64,000 bases of DNA from an uncultured delta proteobacterium (GCA_963735595.1 CAVTLK010000004.1:256001-320000), one strand, 5' to 3'; positions 1-9,957 are shown, counted from the first letter of the stretch. The notes: generated by a model not told the origin, from the sequence alone. Translations and numbers: made by a program.

Positions 1-769
1 CAACTTCTGCTGGTGCGATCCCGTCGAGTCCGAAAAGAACCCTGACGGCCGGTACAAGCTTGCCCAGCTGGTCAGGGCCAACCGGGGTCTCTCGGACGTC
101 GCGGTCGGCTACGGCGTGCCGCTGATATCGGGGAAAGACAGCATGAAAAACGACTACCAGATCGGCGACACGAAGATATCGATCCCCCCCACGATCCTCT
201 TCTCGGTCATCGGGAGGATGGCCGACGTCAACCGGGCGGTCACCATGGACGCCAAGCGCCCGGGGGACCTCGTCTACGTCCTGGGAACCACGAAAAGCGA
301 GCTCGGCGGCTCGGAGTATTTCGCGTCCAGGGGGAGTATCGGAAACGCCGTCCCGACGGTGGATATCGAGGGCAACCTGACGCGCTATCGGGCGCTCACC
401 CGGGCGATCGGCCGGGGGCTTGCCGCCTCGGCGCACGACCTTTCGGACGCGGGGTTGGGGACGGCGCTTGCCGAGACGGCGCTGGCCGGCAGCCTTGGGA
501 TGGAGATCGAGCTTACCTCCGTCGTTAGGGAAGGGGTGGATCGGGACGACTTTCTCCTCTTCTCGGAGTCCGCCGGCCGCTTCGTGGTGACGGTTAAGCC
601 GGATGCCGCCGGGGCGTTCGAGGAGGTCATGGCGGGGACGACCTACGCCCGGGTCGGCCGGGTTACGGAACAAAGGCGCCTGGTCATCCGGGGGCTCTCG
701 GGGGCGGTCGTTATCGACTGCTCTCTTGACGACCTCCAGGAGGCCTGGCGGCGCCCGCTCATGTTTTAG
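1..769 (+). CDS. purL: Phosphoribosylformylglycinamidine synthase PurL, C-terminal part (5' truncated by window)
   Basis: Open from base 2 (NFCWCDP...PLISGKDSMKND); AHDLSDAGL and LFSESAGR motifs; upstream of purQ. Confidence 0.93.
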   Translation, partial: NFCWCDPVESEKNPDGRYKLAQLVRANRGLSDVAVGYGVPLISGKDSMKNDYQIGDTKISIPPTILFSVIGRMADVNRAVTMDAKRPGDLVYVLGTTKSELGGSEYFASRGSIGNAVPTVDIEGNLTRYRALTRAIGRGLAASAHDLSDAGLGTALAETALAGSLGMEIELTSVVREGVDRDDFLLFSESAGRFVVTVKPDAAGAFEEVMAGTTYARVGRVTEQRRLVIRGLSGAVVIDCSLDDLQEAWRRPLMF

Positions 770-824
770 GTACGCGCGAAAACGGCCGGTGCTTTTTCGG
801 CCCCGGCGTATTGATTGAGTACGT

Positions 825-1655
825 ATGAAAAACGCGGTACGCGCAATCACCATATCCGGAAACGGAACCAACTGCGAGATAGAGACGGCCTTTGCCTTCA
901 GGCTGGCGGGAGCCGAGGTATCCGATATCGTCCACATCAGCCGGATAGTAACCGGCCAGGTGAACCTCGACGACTACCATATACTGGCGCTGGCGGGGGG
1001 GTTCCTGGACGGCGACGATCTCGGGGCGGCCAAGGCGATGGCAAACCGGGTAAAGTTCGCGCATATCGCGGGCACCGACCGGCGGCTGCTGGACGCGATC
1101 CTGAAATTCGTTGATGACAAAAAGCTCATCATAGGGATCTGCAACGGCTTCCAGCTGATGGTCAAGATCGGACTCCTTCCGGCCCTCGGCGGCGCGTACG
1201 GGATGCAATCGGTCACGATCACCAATAACGACTCCGGCCGATTTGAGGATCGCTGGGTGCGGCTCTCCGTCGAGACGGGCTCCCCGTCGATCTTCACCCG
1301 GGGGATAGGGCGCCTGATGTTTCCGGTTCGGCACGGCGAAGGGAAGTTCGTCGCACCGCCGGCCGTCCTTTCGGCGATGGAGGCCCAACAGCTCGTTGTC
1401 CTGAGATACGCGGATGAGGACTACGCCCCCACCATGGTCTACCCCCTCAACCCGAACGGATCGCTCTCTTCCATCGCGGGTATCTGTGACCCTACGGGCC
1501 GGCTCATGGCCCTCATGCCCCACCCGGAGGGATACCTCCTTCGGACGCAGCACCCGACCTGGACGCGGGGCGAGGTCCCCGCGGAAGGGATGGGGCTTAT
1601 GATGTTCAGAAACGCCGTGGCCTACGTACGGGAAACCCTTCTCGAGGGGCGGTGA
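825..1655 (+). CDS. purQ: FGAM synthase glutaminase subunit PurQ
   Basis: GTNCE, GGFLDGD, GICNGFQ (catalytic Cys) and MPHPE motifs. Confidence 0.95.
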   Translation: MKNAVRAITISGNGTNCEIETAFAFRLAGAEVSDIVHISRIVTGQVNLDDYHILALAGGFLDGDDLGAAKAMANRVKFAHIAGTDRRLLDAILKFVDDKKLIIGICNGFQLMVKIGLLPALGGAYGMQSVTITNNDSGRFEDRWVRLSVETGSPSIFTRGIGRLMFPVRHGEGKFVAPPAVLSAMEAQQLVVLRYADEDYAPTMVYPLNPNGSLSSIAGICDPTGRLMALMPHPEGYLLRTQHPTWTRGEVPAEGMGLMMFRNAVAYVRETLLEGR

Positions 1656-1933
1656 TGTTTCGCCCGGAGGCAACAAAGCGGCCGGGGCATCGCCGTGACC
1701 GGCCCTCCGGCGCGATAACGGACTGACTTTTTTTCGGCGCGGACGTTTAAATACTTGACAGAGTTCACTTTTTATGTTTTATTTAAACATTATGCCTTTT
1801 TTGGACTTTAGCGGGGGAATCCCCCAGTAATATACCCATCGGAGCCCACCGGGGCTCATCGGGTTTTTGGGTCTTTCGGACCGATAGGGCCCACCGATTA
1901 CGCGGTGATGGGCATGCACAAAGGAACTGAGCC

Positions 1934-2068
1934 ATGAAGAGAACTTTTCAACCGAGCAGACTGAAGCGCAAGAGGACCCACGGGTTCCTGAAACGTATGA
2001 GCACGCCCGGCGGACGAAACGTTATTCGCCGCAGAAGGGCCAAGGGAAGGAAGAGACTGTCCGCATAA
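1934..2068 (+). CDS. rpmH: 50S ribosomal protein L34 (missed by ORF track)
   Basis: Manual translation [44 protein letters not shown], 44 aa, with AAGGA RBS. Confidence 0.97.
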   Translation: MKRTFQPSRLKRKRTHGFLKRMSTPGGRNVIRRRRAKGRKRLSA

Positions 2069-2460
2069 CCGGTACGCTCGTCGGGAGACCGAGGAGCCCT
2101 TGTCCTTTCGCCGGGTAAGCCGTCTTTCGTGATGGGAACATCCGCCGTATAGAATTGATCGGCGGGTGCCCGATTGGCGGGAATACCGGTGGTTACCCGA
2201 GTTTACCGGCTTCATACCCCCCTTCTTTTCACCTCGTCTTTTCTCCCGTTTTGCCTGCTGGATCACTTGCCGGGGGGGCTCCCGTTTCGAGAAGGGAATG
2301 CGGGGCTGATAGGGCCGGCCCTTAGCCCGGACGTGATCGACATGAGAGCCGCGGTTTACCTGACGGATCCTTGAGCCGCACGGGGACTATCCCGGGGGCC
2401 GGGCGATCCAAGGCGGCCGCAAGCCGCAGAGGCTTTTGCGGCTCGGGCGAAACACTATCG

Positions 2461-2895
2461 GTGGAAAAGAAGACCTTTACCAAGAAAGACCGCATCAGGG
2501 ACAAGCTCGACTTTGACCGGCTCAAGAAGTGCGGAACGAAATTTACCGACGGCGTTTTTCTCGCGGTTATCCTGCCAAACGATACCGGTTTTTCCAGGCT
2601 GGGGATAGCCGTACCCAAGCGGGTTGGAAGCGCGGTGGCGCGCAACAGGATGAAGCGGCTGATTAGGGAGGCCTTCCGCCTCAACCGGGACTCTCTACCC
2701 GGCTCGGTTGATCTCCTGATTATCGTGAGAAGATCGCCCGACCTTATGACCCTCGGTGAATTCAGCGCGAGAATCCTCTCTCGCGGGCCGGTATGTACCG
2801 GTCAAACGGGCGGAGGGATCGGCGCCGGACGGAGGACATACGTAAAAATGATACTGCTGCGGCTAAAAGCCGTTATCGTACTAAGTACCGCATAA
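2461..2895 (+). CDS. rnpA: RNase P protein component
   Basis: RLGIAVPKRVGSAVARNRMKRLIREAFR (RNR motif); GTG start at 2461 inferred. Confidence 0.9.
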   Translation: MEKKTFTKKDRIRDKLDFDRLKKCGTKFTDGVFLAVILPNDTGFSRLGIAVPKRVGSAVARNRMKRLIREAFRLNRDSLPGSVDLLIIVRRSPDLMTLGEFSARILSRGPVCTGQTGGGIGAGRRTYVKMILLRLKAVIVLSTA

Positions 2896-2917
2896 TAAAC
2901 TCACAGGCAGGTGTTAC

Positions 2918-4555
2918 ATGGATAAGAAGACACTGTTGGCTATCGCCCTCTCTTTCCTGATACTGGTCGTGTGGCAGCTCTTTTTTACGAAGCCTGCCCC
3001 GAAACCGGCGGGTGAGGAAGTAATGACGCCCCAGGGGGAGATAGAAGAAGTTACCCCCACCGGGCCGGCCGCATCCCTGCCGGAGGAGATCGCCGTTGTC
3101 GAAGAACAGCCGTCCGCGCCTGCCGGGGAAACGGCCGCACCGCGGGATATCATCGTGGAGGGTCCGCTCTATACGGCAACCATCAGCACGGCGGGCGGAA
3201 GGATCGCCCATTTTACCCTGACGAAATACGCCAACACGATAGACGACGATTCACCCCCGGTCGACCTCGTCAGTGAAAATACGTCGGTGCTCTCGCCCCG
3301 GGCCGACTTCGATACGCCGATCGGCAGCTTTTCCGATGACGTCGTCTACACGTCATTATCGGAAGGCGCCGTTGTCATCAACGGGGACGAGAAGAAGGCC
3401 GTTACGCTCACCTACGTGGGAAAGCAATTCAAGGTCGAGAAGACCTATACCTTCGATCCGAAGGAATACGGCGTCGGATTCACGGTGACGGTGACAAACC
3501 TTACCGCGCAGGATTCAGCAGGCGACATGAGCGTTTCACTGTTTGACTACGTCGACGTGACCAAGAAATCGTGGAGCATCTTCGGCAGCTACGATTATCC
3601 CTCAAACTATATGGTCTTCGTCGATAAATCGCTCAAAAAAGACATCGCCAAGGACGTGAAGGCCGACAAGGCCGAGAAAATACCGGGCAACGCCACCTGG
3701 TTCGGTTTCGACACGAAGTACTTCATGATGGCCCTCATCACCGAGAAACTGTCCGGAGGAGAGGTCGAGATAAGCCGATTGAGTAATGACACCGCCGCCG
3801 GCACCGTCACCATGGAGGACGTTTCCTTTCCGGCGGGTGGGGCCGTAAAGAAAGATATGGTCATGTACCTTGGCCCAAAACAGGTCGACGTGATGGATTC
3901 GGCAGGTTATTCGCTATCATCGGCCATCGACTACGGCTTTTTCGGCTTTCTGTCCATCCCGCTGGTGTGGCTCCTGAGCTTCTTCTTCTCGGTGTTTAAA
4001 AACTACGGCATCGCGATTATCCTCTTGACCGTGGTCGTCAGAATTGTCCTGTTTCCTTTTACCTACAAATCGATGAAGTCGATGAAACAGATGCAGAAGC
4101 TGCAGCCCCTGATGGCGGAGCTTCGAGAGAAATACAAGAACGACAAAGAGAAAATGAATCAGGAGGTCATGCGCCTCTACCAGACGCAAAAGATCAATCC
4201 GCTCGGCGGGTGCCTGCCGCTGCTGTTGCAGCTGCCGGTCTTTATTGCCCTCTACAAGGCCCTCTACGTGGCCATTGAGCTCAGGCACTCACCGTTCATC
4301 TTCTGGATCAAGGATCTGTCCGAGATGGACCCCTACTACGTCACCCCTATTATCATGGGGGCGTCGTATTTTATTCAGCAGAAGCTGACCCCCTCGACCA
4401 TGGATCCCACTCAGCAGAAGATCATGCTCCTTATGCCCGTTATCTTTACCGTGATATTTCTCAATCTGCCGGCGGGATTGGTGCTCTACTTCTTTGTGAG
4501 CAACCTCCTGTCTATTGCCCAGCAGCTCTATATGAACAAGTTTGTGAAGGATTAG
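2918..4555 (+). CDS. yidC: Membrane protein insertase YidC
   Basis: N-terminal TM, periplasmic domain, NPLGGCLPLLLQLPVFIALY. Confidence 0.97.
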   Translation: MDKKTLLAIALSFLILVVWQLFFTKPAPKPAGEEVMTPQGEIEEVTPTGPAASLPEEIAVVEEQPSAPAGETAAPRDIIVEGPLYTATISTAGGRIAHFTLTKYANTIDDDSPPVDLVSENTSVLSPRADFDTPIGSFSDDVVYTSLSEGAVVINGDEKKAVTLTYVGKQFKVEKTYTFDPKEYGVGFTVTVTNLTAQDSAGDMSVSLFDYVDVTKKSWSIFGSYDYPSNYMVFVDKSLKKDIAKDVKADKAEKIPGNATWFGFDTKYFMMALITEKLSGGEVEISRLSNDTAAGTVTMEDVSFPAGGAVKKDMVMYLGPKQVDVMDSAGYSLSSAIDYGFFGFLSIPLVWLLSFFFSVFKNYGIAIILLTVVVRIVLFPFTYKSMKSMKQMQKLQPLMAELREKYKNDKEKMNQEVMRLYQTQKINPLGGCLPLLLQLPVFIALYKALYVAIELRHSPFIFWIKDLSEMDPYYVTPIIMGASYFIQQKLTPSTMDPTQQKIMLLMPVIFTVIFLNLPAGLVLYFFVSNLLSIAQQLYMNKFVKD

Positions 4556-4563
4556 GTTTTTCT

Positions 4564-5208
4564 ATGGCGCACGCAACCCAACCCGAAATCATCATTGAGG
4601 GAAATGATCTGGAAGACGCCCTGGCCGCTGCTTCGGAGCGGCTCGGAATCGGCCGAAACGACCTCGAGTATAGGGTAGTCGACTCGGATGCCGGCGGTAT
4701 ATTCGGGCTATTTAAGAAGAGAAAGATAACTATCAAGGCGTGGCACAAAGACGGCGGCCGACCGTTACTGGCGCCCGATCAGTTTCTTTTGGGAATTCTT
4801 TCCCGCATGGGGATCGATGCCCGCGTTACGGTCCGGGAGACCGCCGAGGGAATCACGCTCACCATCGATGGGGACAGGGGCGAGATTATCATCGGAAAGC
4901 GTGGGCAAACGCTTGACGCGCTCCAGTATATCACTAACCGGTGCTTCCAGCGCGATCAGTCGCAGACTACCAGGGTCGTGCTTGACTGCGAGGGGTATCG
5001 CCGAAAGCGGGAACAGATCATCACGCGGATGGCCCAGAACATCGCGCGAAGGGTGAAACGGACGGGAAAACCGATTGCCGCGCAGCCGATGGATTCCAGC
5101 GAGCGGCGCCTTTTTCACCTGGCGCTCAAGTCCGACCGGGACCTGTCTACCGAGAGCCACGGGGAGGGCGATAAGCGCCGGGTGGTGGTCTACCCCGCCA
5201 AGAAGTAG
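4564..5208 (+). CDS. jag: Jag/KhpB/EloR RNA-binding protein (Jag-N, KH, R3H)
   Basis: IIGKRGQTLDALQ KH motif, ERRLFH R3H motif, synteny. Confidence 0.92.
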   Translation: MAHATQPEIIIEGNDLEDALAAASERLGIGRNDLEYRVVDSDAGGIFGLFKKRKITIKAWHKDGGRPLLAPDQFLLGILSRMGIDARVTVRETAEGITLTIDGDRGEIIIGKRGQTLDALQYITNRCFQRDQSQTTRVVLDCEGYRRKREQIITRMAQNIARRVKRTGKPIAAQPMDSSERRLFHLALKSDRDLSTESHGEGDKRRVVVYPAKK

Positions 5209-5237
5209 ACGGCTATTACCGTTCGAGTTGTGCATAA

Positions 5238-5268
5238 AGTCCCCTGTGCCATGCAGGGGCTTTTTTGT
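5238..5268 (+). terminator. Hairpin plus T-tract between jag and mnmE
   Basis: AAGTCCCCTG-TGCCATG-CAGGGGCTT followed by TTTTG. Confidence 0.55.
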
Positions 5269-5276
5269 TTAGGACC

Positions 5277-6749
5277 ATGAAACAGAAAGAGAACACAATG
5301 ACCGGCGGCGAGACCATCGTCGCAATCGCAACGCCCCCGGGAGAGGGGGGGATCGGGATCGTGCGGCTTTCCGGCCCCCTGGCCCTGGAGATCGGGAAAC
5401 GGCTCTTCCGGTTTGCCCAGGGACCCGACGAGATCGAGTCCCACCGGCTCTACCCGGGTACTGTCGCAGCGCCCCTCGACCCGCCCGGGAGCAGCGGGGA
5501 GACCCCCGGCGGCGCGGCCGGCCTGGGGCGGCACCGGGCGGCCGATGGTGACGACGGTGCGATCGTCGATCGCGCCTTCTTCGCCGTAATGCGGGCACCC
5601 CGTTCCTATACCGGCGAGGATGTGGTCGAGCTTCAATGCCACGGGTCGCCGCTGATGCTGGCGTGGCTTGTGACGGCCGCGGTATCGCTGGGTGCGCGAC
5701 CCGCGCGGCCCGGCGAGTTCACCCAGCGCGGGTTCATGAACGGGAAAATCGACCTCATCCAGGCCGAGGCGGTGGCCGACCTCATTGCCGCCAAGACAAT
5801 CGGCGGCCTTTCGATATTTTCACGGCACCTTATGGGGGGGCTTTCCGGGGGCCTTTCAGAGCTACGGGCCCGCCTTATTTCTCTCCTTGCCGACATCGAG
5901 GCAGCCGTCGACTTTTCGGACCAGGAAATCGACCCGCCCGCGATGGAGGCGCTCTCCCGGGATATTGAGGTATCGCGCGATTCGGTCGACCGGCTGCTCG
6001 GGTCGTACCGGGTGGGCAGAATCTACCGGGAGGGCGCGCAGCTGGTCATCGCGGGACGCCCCAACGTGGGAAAATCAAGCCTGCTCAACCGTCTCGTCGG
6101 CCGCCCGCGGGCCATCGTCGCACCCGAGCCGGGGACAACCACCGACACGATCGAGGATATCATGGATATCGGCGGGGTTCCGGTCAGGGTCGTGGACACG
6201 TGTGGGCTTCGGGAGGCGTCGGGGGCAGTCGAACGGGAGGGGGTGGAGCGGACGCGGTTGGCCCTGGATACGGCCGACATGATACTGCTGGTCGCCGAGG
6301 CGGCAGGAGATCTCGGGCCCGAAGAACGCGACGTTATCGAAACGGCGACACGGGCCTGCCGCCCGGTGGTGCTGGTGATGAACAAGGTCGATCTCGTTGA
6401 CGGAGACATTCCCGCGCCGCCGGACACGGCGGCGCGGGCCGTTTTCACGTCGGCGCTGACGGGAACCGGCCTCGGGGATCTGAAGGATGTTATCCATTCC
6501 CTGGTTGTCGTCGGCGCGGGCCGCGGCGGCCGGGACGAGATGATCACCAGCGCGAGGCACTACGCGGCGCTCATCTCGGTCCAGAAATCCCTCCAGGAGG
6601 CGCACCGGGGGGCGGCCGGGGGCGTTTCGCCGGAATTTATCGCCCTGGATATTCGCGGCGCCCTTTCGGCCCTCGGGGAGCTGATGGGAGACGTGACCAC
6701 GGAGGAGGTCCTCGAAGCGATTTTTTCCCGTTTCTGCGTCGGGAAATAG
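5277..6749 (+). CDS. mnmE: tRNA modification GTPase MnmE/TrmE
   Basis: TIVAIATPPGEGGIGIVRLSG, GRPNVGKSS, NKVD and C-terminal FCVGK. Confidence 0.97.
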   Translation: MKQKENTMTGGETIVAIATPPGEGGIGIVRLSGPLALEIGKRLFRFAQGPDEIESHRLYPGTVAAPLDPPGSSGETPGGAAGLGRHRAADGDDGAIVDRAFFAVMRAPRSYTGEDVVELQCHGSPLMLAWLVTAAVSLGARPARPGEFTQRGFMNGKIDLIQAEAVADLIAAKTIGGLSIFSRHLMGGLSGGLSELRARLISLLADIEAAVDFSDQEIDPPAMEALSRDIEVSRDSVDRLLGSYRVGRIYREGAQLVIAGRPNVGKSSLLNRLVGRPRAIVAPEPGTTTDTIEDIMDIGGVPVRVVDTCGLREASGAVEREGVERTRLALDTADMILLVAEAAGDLGPEERDVIETATRACRPVVLVMNKVDLVDGDIPAPPDTAARAVFTSALTGTGLGDLKDVIHSLVVVGAGRGGRDEMITSARHYAALISVQKSLQEAHRGAAGGVSPEFIALDIRGALSALGELMGDVTTEEVLEAIFSRFCVGK

Positions 6750-6796
6750 CGTTCGACGGCCGTACCGGCATACCGGCGCCCGAGTTCACGGCAGAA

Positions 6797-6812
6797 TGTT
6801 TCACGTGGAACG
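6797..6812. promoter_or_regulatory. parS site 1 (imperfect)
   Basis: TGTTTCACGTGGAACG, near the parS consensus. Confidence 0.85.
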
Positions 6813-6830
6813 GATGAACCGCGGCGGCCT

Positions 6831-6846
6831 TGTTTCACGTGAAACA
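6831..6846. promoter_or_regulatory. parS site 2 (perfect palindrome)
   Basis: TGTTTCACGTGAAACA directly upstream of parA. Confidence 0.95.
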
Positions 6847-6961
6847 TACGAAGAAATCTGCCGGACGGGACGCGGCTTTTTGATCATTCGTTACATTTTG
6901 TCCTTTTTTAAAAAATGCAGGTATGCTATAGTTCTCTGGGCTTTCGCGAGGGAACAGGGTA

Positions 6962-7738
6962 ATGGCGGCCAAAATCATCTGCATCGCAAACCAGAAAGGG
7001 GGAGTCGGCAAGACCACCACCGCCGTAAACCTTTCCGCGTCGCTGGCGGCGGCCGAAAAACCCACCCTCGTCATAGATGCCGACCCACAGGCCAACGCAG
7101 GCAGCGGACTGGGGGTCGATAAGAACACGATCAAGCAGAGCATCTACCAGGTCATCATTGACCAGATACCGCTATCAAAGATATTGATAAAACCCCAGAA
7201 ACAGCTCCCGTTTTTATCACTGGCGCCCGCCAACACGGATCTAATCGGCGCCGAAGTCGAGTTGATCGGGGCGCTGGCCCGGGAGACGAAGCTCAAAAAG
7301 GCGATTGAAGAGGTCATGGACCAGTTTTCCTACATTCTCATCGATTGCCCCCCGTCCCTCGGCCTCCTGACGGTCAATTCGCTGACCTGCGCCCACAGCG
7401 TGATCGTGCCGCTCCAGTGCGAGTATTTCGCGATGGAGGGGTTGGGCCAGCTCCTCTCGACCATCAGCATCATCAAGAAGAACCTCAATAAGGAACTGGC
7501 GATCGAGGGGATACTCCTGACGATGTTCGACATGCGTAACAATCTCTCCCACCAGGTTCAGGAGGAAGTGACCACGCATTTCAAGAACGAGGTCTTTTCG
7601 ACCGTCATACCGCGCAACGTGCGCCTCTCGGAGTGTTCGAGCTTCGGTCTGCCTATAATCCTCTACGACATAGACTCCAAGGGCGCGCAGAGCTATCTCG
7701 ATCTGGCCCAGGAGATCATCAAGCGGGAGCCCACATGA
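6962..7738 (+). CDS. parA: Chromosome partitioning ATPase ParA/Soj
   Basis: NQKGGVGKTT deviant Walker A, DADPQAN, DCPPSLG. Confidence 0.97.
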   Translation: MAAKIICIANQKGGVGKTTTAVNLSASLAAAEKPTLVIDADPQANAGSGLGVDKNTIKQSIYQVIIDQIPLSKILIKPQKQLPFLSLAPANTDLIGAEVELIGALARETKLKKAIEEVMDQFSYILIDCPPSLGLLTVNSLTCAHSVIVPLQCEYFAMEGLGQLLSTISIIKKNLNKELAIEGILLTMFDMRNNLSHQVQEEVTTHFKNEVFSTVIPRNVRLSECSSFGLPIILYDIDSKGAQSYLDLAQEIIKREPT

Positions 7739-8586
7739 GCAAGAGAAAAGTCCTCGGCAAGGGGCTCTCCGCCCTGATTCCGGACGCCGCCGTGACTGCC
7801 GACGGGGCGGGTGGAAACCTCGCCTCCATCACCATCGATGAAATTTCTCCGAACCGCTTTCAGCCCCGAAGGGATTTCGATGACGTAAAGATCGAGGAAC
7901 TGGCCGCCTCCATCCGGGAGAAGGGCATCATCCAGCCGCTCATCGTCCGGGAGACCGAAGAAGGGTATGAACTGATAGCCGGGGAGCGCCGCCTGCGCGC
8001 GGCCAAGCTGGCGGGCCTGGCCTCGGTCCCCGCAGTCATCCGGGACGTCACCGACGGGGAGGCGCTGGAGCTGGCCCTCATCGAGAATATCCAGCGGGAA
8101 AACCTCAACCCCATCGAGGAGGCCCAGGCCTATCAACGGCTCATCGAGGAATTCTCCCTGACTCAGGAAGAGATGGGCCAGAAGGTGGGGAGGGACCGCA
8201 CCACGATTACCAACAGCCTGCGATTGTTGACGTTGCCGGCGATCGTGCGCAACGATCTGGCCGCCGGCGACCTGACCTCCGGCCACGGCAGGGCGCTGCT
8301 GGGCCTGGGCGTCGAGCGCCAGATCCTGATCGCCCGGGATAAATTCATCGCCAAGGGGATGTCGGTCCGTGAGGCGGAGGCCTATGTCAAGCGGATCAAG
8401 GAGGGGGAAGGCGCGGAAAAGGAAAAGCCCGCGATCGACCCGGCGATCCTCGATATCGAGGAGGACCTTACCCGCACCCTCGGCACAAAAGTCAGGATCG
8501 TTACCAAGGGGGCGGGCGGCTCGATCGTGATCGAGTACTACTCTGAACAGGAGTTGGACCGGCTGGCGGAAATCCTCCGTCCCTGA
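7735..8586 (+). CDS. parB: Chromosome partitioning protein ParB/Spo0J
   Basis: LGKGLSALI, GERRLRA, ENIQRENLN; ATGA overlap with parA stop. Confidence 0.97.
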   Translation: MSKRKVLGKGLSALIPDAAVTADGAGGNLASITIDEISPNRFQPRRDFDDVKIEELAASIREKGIIQPLIVRETEEGYELIAGERRLRAAKLAGLASVPAVIRDVTDGEALELALIENIQRENLNPIEEAQAYQRLIEEFSLTQEEMGQKVGRDRTTITNSLRLLTLPAIVRNDLAAGDLTSGHGRALLGLGVERQILIARDKFIAKGMSVREAEAYVKRIKEGEGAEKEKPAIDPAILDIEEDLTRTLGTKVRIVTKGAGGSIVIEYYSEQELDRLAEILRP

Positions 8587-8672
8587 ACGGAGCGCCGGGG
8601 GCCCCGTATGAACTGTCTCACAGTAACGGGTTTTGGTAGACCCGGTTATAAATCAAGAATAAAGGTGAAACA

Positions 8673-9152
8673 ATGTTTGGAAAACTAAAGATGATCGGCG
8701 GCAAAGCGCCGGAGCATTTTGACAGGACGGCCGACCTCAACGCGTTTCTGGGGATTGGCACGGAATTCGAGGGCAAGCTTACGTTTACCGGCACCGTCCG
8801 GGTGGAGGGGAAACTGAAGGGCAGGGTCTTCGCCAAGGACGTCCTTATCATCGGAAATAACGGCTTCGTCGACGGCGAGATAGAGGTTGACACCATCATC
8901 ATCGACGGGACCGTCAAGGGCACTATCCGGGCTGCCAATAAGCTCATCATCGCGCCCACCGGCCGATTCTACGGAAACGTCGAGACGCCTACCTTTATCA
9001 TTGAGGACGGGGGAGTCTTCGAGGGGAGCTGCCGTATGGAGGAGATCAAGGAGATGCTCTCAACCACGAAGTTTACCTCCGCCGATAAAGAGAGCGGGCA
9101 CACGTTGATCAAAATCGTCGACAGAAAGGCGAACGGAGGAACACTCAACTAA
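8673..9152 (+). CDS. Bactofilin (polymer-forming cytoskeletal protein)
   Basis: GTEFEGKLTFTGTVRVEG...IEDGGVFEGSC beta-helix pattern. Confidence 0.9.
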   Translation: MFGKLKMIGGKAPEHFDRTADLNAFLGIGTEFEGKLTFTGTVRVEGKLKGRVFAKDVLIIGNNGFVDGEIEVDTIIIDGTVKGTIRAANKLIIAPTGRFYGNVETPTFIIEDGGVFEGSCRMEEIKEMLSTTKFTSADKESGHTLIKIVDRKANGGTLN

Positions 9153-9280
9153 ATAGGGACGGCAACGCTCTGCCGGTCAGGATTTCGCTTTACTCCCCCT
9201 GTTACCGTTACCGAGGATCGCCGGCGGGCTGCCGGCGGGATGATAGCGACCCCTGAGAGACTCCAACGACGCCCCAAATG

Positions 9281-9350
9281 AAAATCCCGTCCGATTACCC
9301 ATCATTGAACCGGCTCCTACAATCCCGCCAATCGGACGGGATTTTTATTT
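9281..9350. repeat. Perfect 16-bp inverted repeat with 33-nt loop and T-tract (terminator-like)
   Basis: AAAATCCCGTCCGATT (9281-9296) / AATCGGACGGGATTTT (9330-9345). Confidence 0.7.
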
Positions 9351-9355
9351 TTCCC

Positions 9356-9412
9356 TTGACAGAAAAAATACCCTGTGATAAATTCCACGGTGTTGAATGA
9401 ATAATCATTCAT
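9356..9412 (+). promoter_or_regulatory. Probable atp promoter with Rex-like (9373-9390) and FadR/TetR-like (9393-9412) palindromes
   Basis: TTGACA at 9356; CTGTGATAAATTCCACGG; TTGAATGAATAATCATTCAT. Confidence 0.6.
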
Positions 9413-9527
9413 TCGACTCGATTGGTTCATCGAATCGAATTAACCGCCGCCCCGGCAACGGCCGGGTGGAGACGGAAGCGGCGGGGCGAGCTACATCTGA
9501 TTCAGACAATACCGGAGCGGTGCAGCC

Positions 9528-9953
9528 GTGCTTAACATAGACGCAACATTCTTCATCCAGGTAATCAACTTCCTTATTCTCATTGCCGTCCTCAACTGGC
9601 TGTTAGTCAAGCCGACCCTGAGGGTACTTGAGGAACGCAGGGTGCGTGTCGAGGGTTCCGAAGAAGAGGCCCGGCGCCTGACGGCCGAGGCCGACAAGAA
9701 TATAGAGGAATATGAGCGGGGCCTGGCCGAGGCCCGGATTGAAGCCGGCAAACAAAAGGAACGTATCAGGGCCGAGGGCTTAGAGCGGGAAAACGAGATA
9801 ATCAGGGCCGCCCGCGAGCAATCCCGAAAAACCGTGGAAGACATGAAGCAAAGGATAGAGAAGGAGGCGCACGAGGCCTCTTCGGTGATGAAGAACGAGG
9901 TTAAGGCCCTCTCGGCCCAGATCGCCGAGAAGGTGCTGGGGAGGTCGATATAG
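9528..9953 (+). CDS. atpF2: ATP synthase F0 subunit b'
   Basis: TFFIQVINFLILIAVLNWLLVKP..ER plus coiled coil. Confidence 0.9.
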   Translation: MLNIDATFFIQVINFLILIAVLNWLLVKPTLRVLEERRVRVEGSEEEARRLTAEADKNIEEYERGLAEARIEAGKQKERIRAEGLERENEIIRAAREQSRKTVEDMKQRIEKEAHEASSVMKNEVKALSAQIAEKVLGRSI

Positions 9954-9957
9954 TCGT

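Noticed and set aside
2069..2460. RNase P RNA (rnpB)
   Set aside because: GAGGAAAGUCC and AGAACCCGGCUUA signatures not found on either strand
9373..9390. DnaA box / oriC
   Set aside because: Poor match to TTATCCACA and no box cluster
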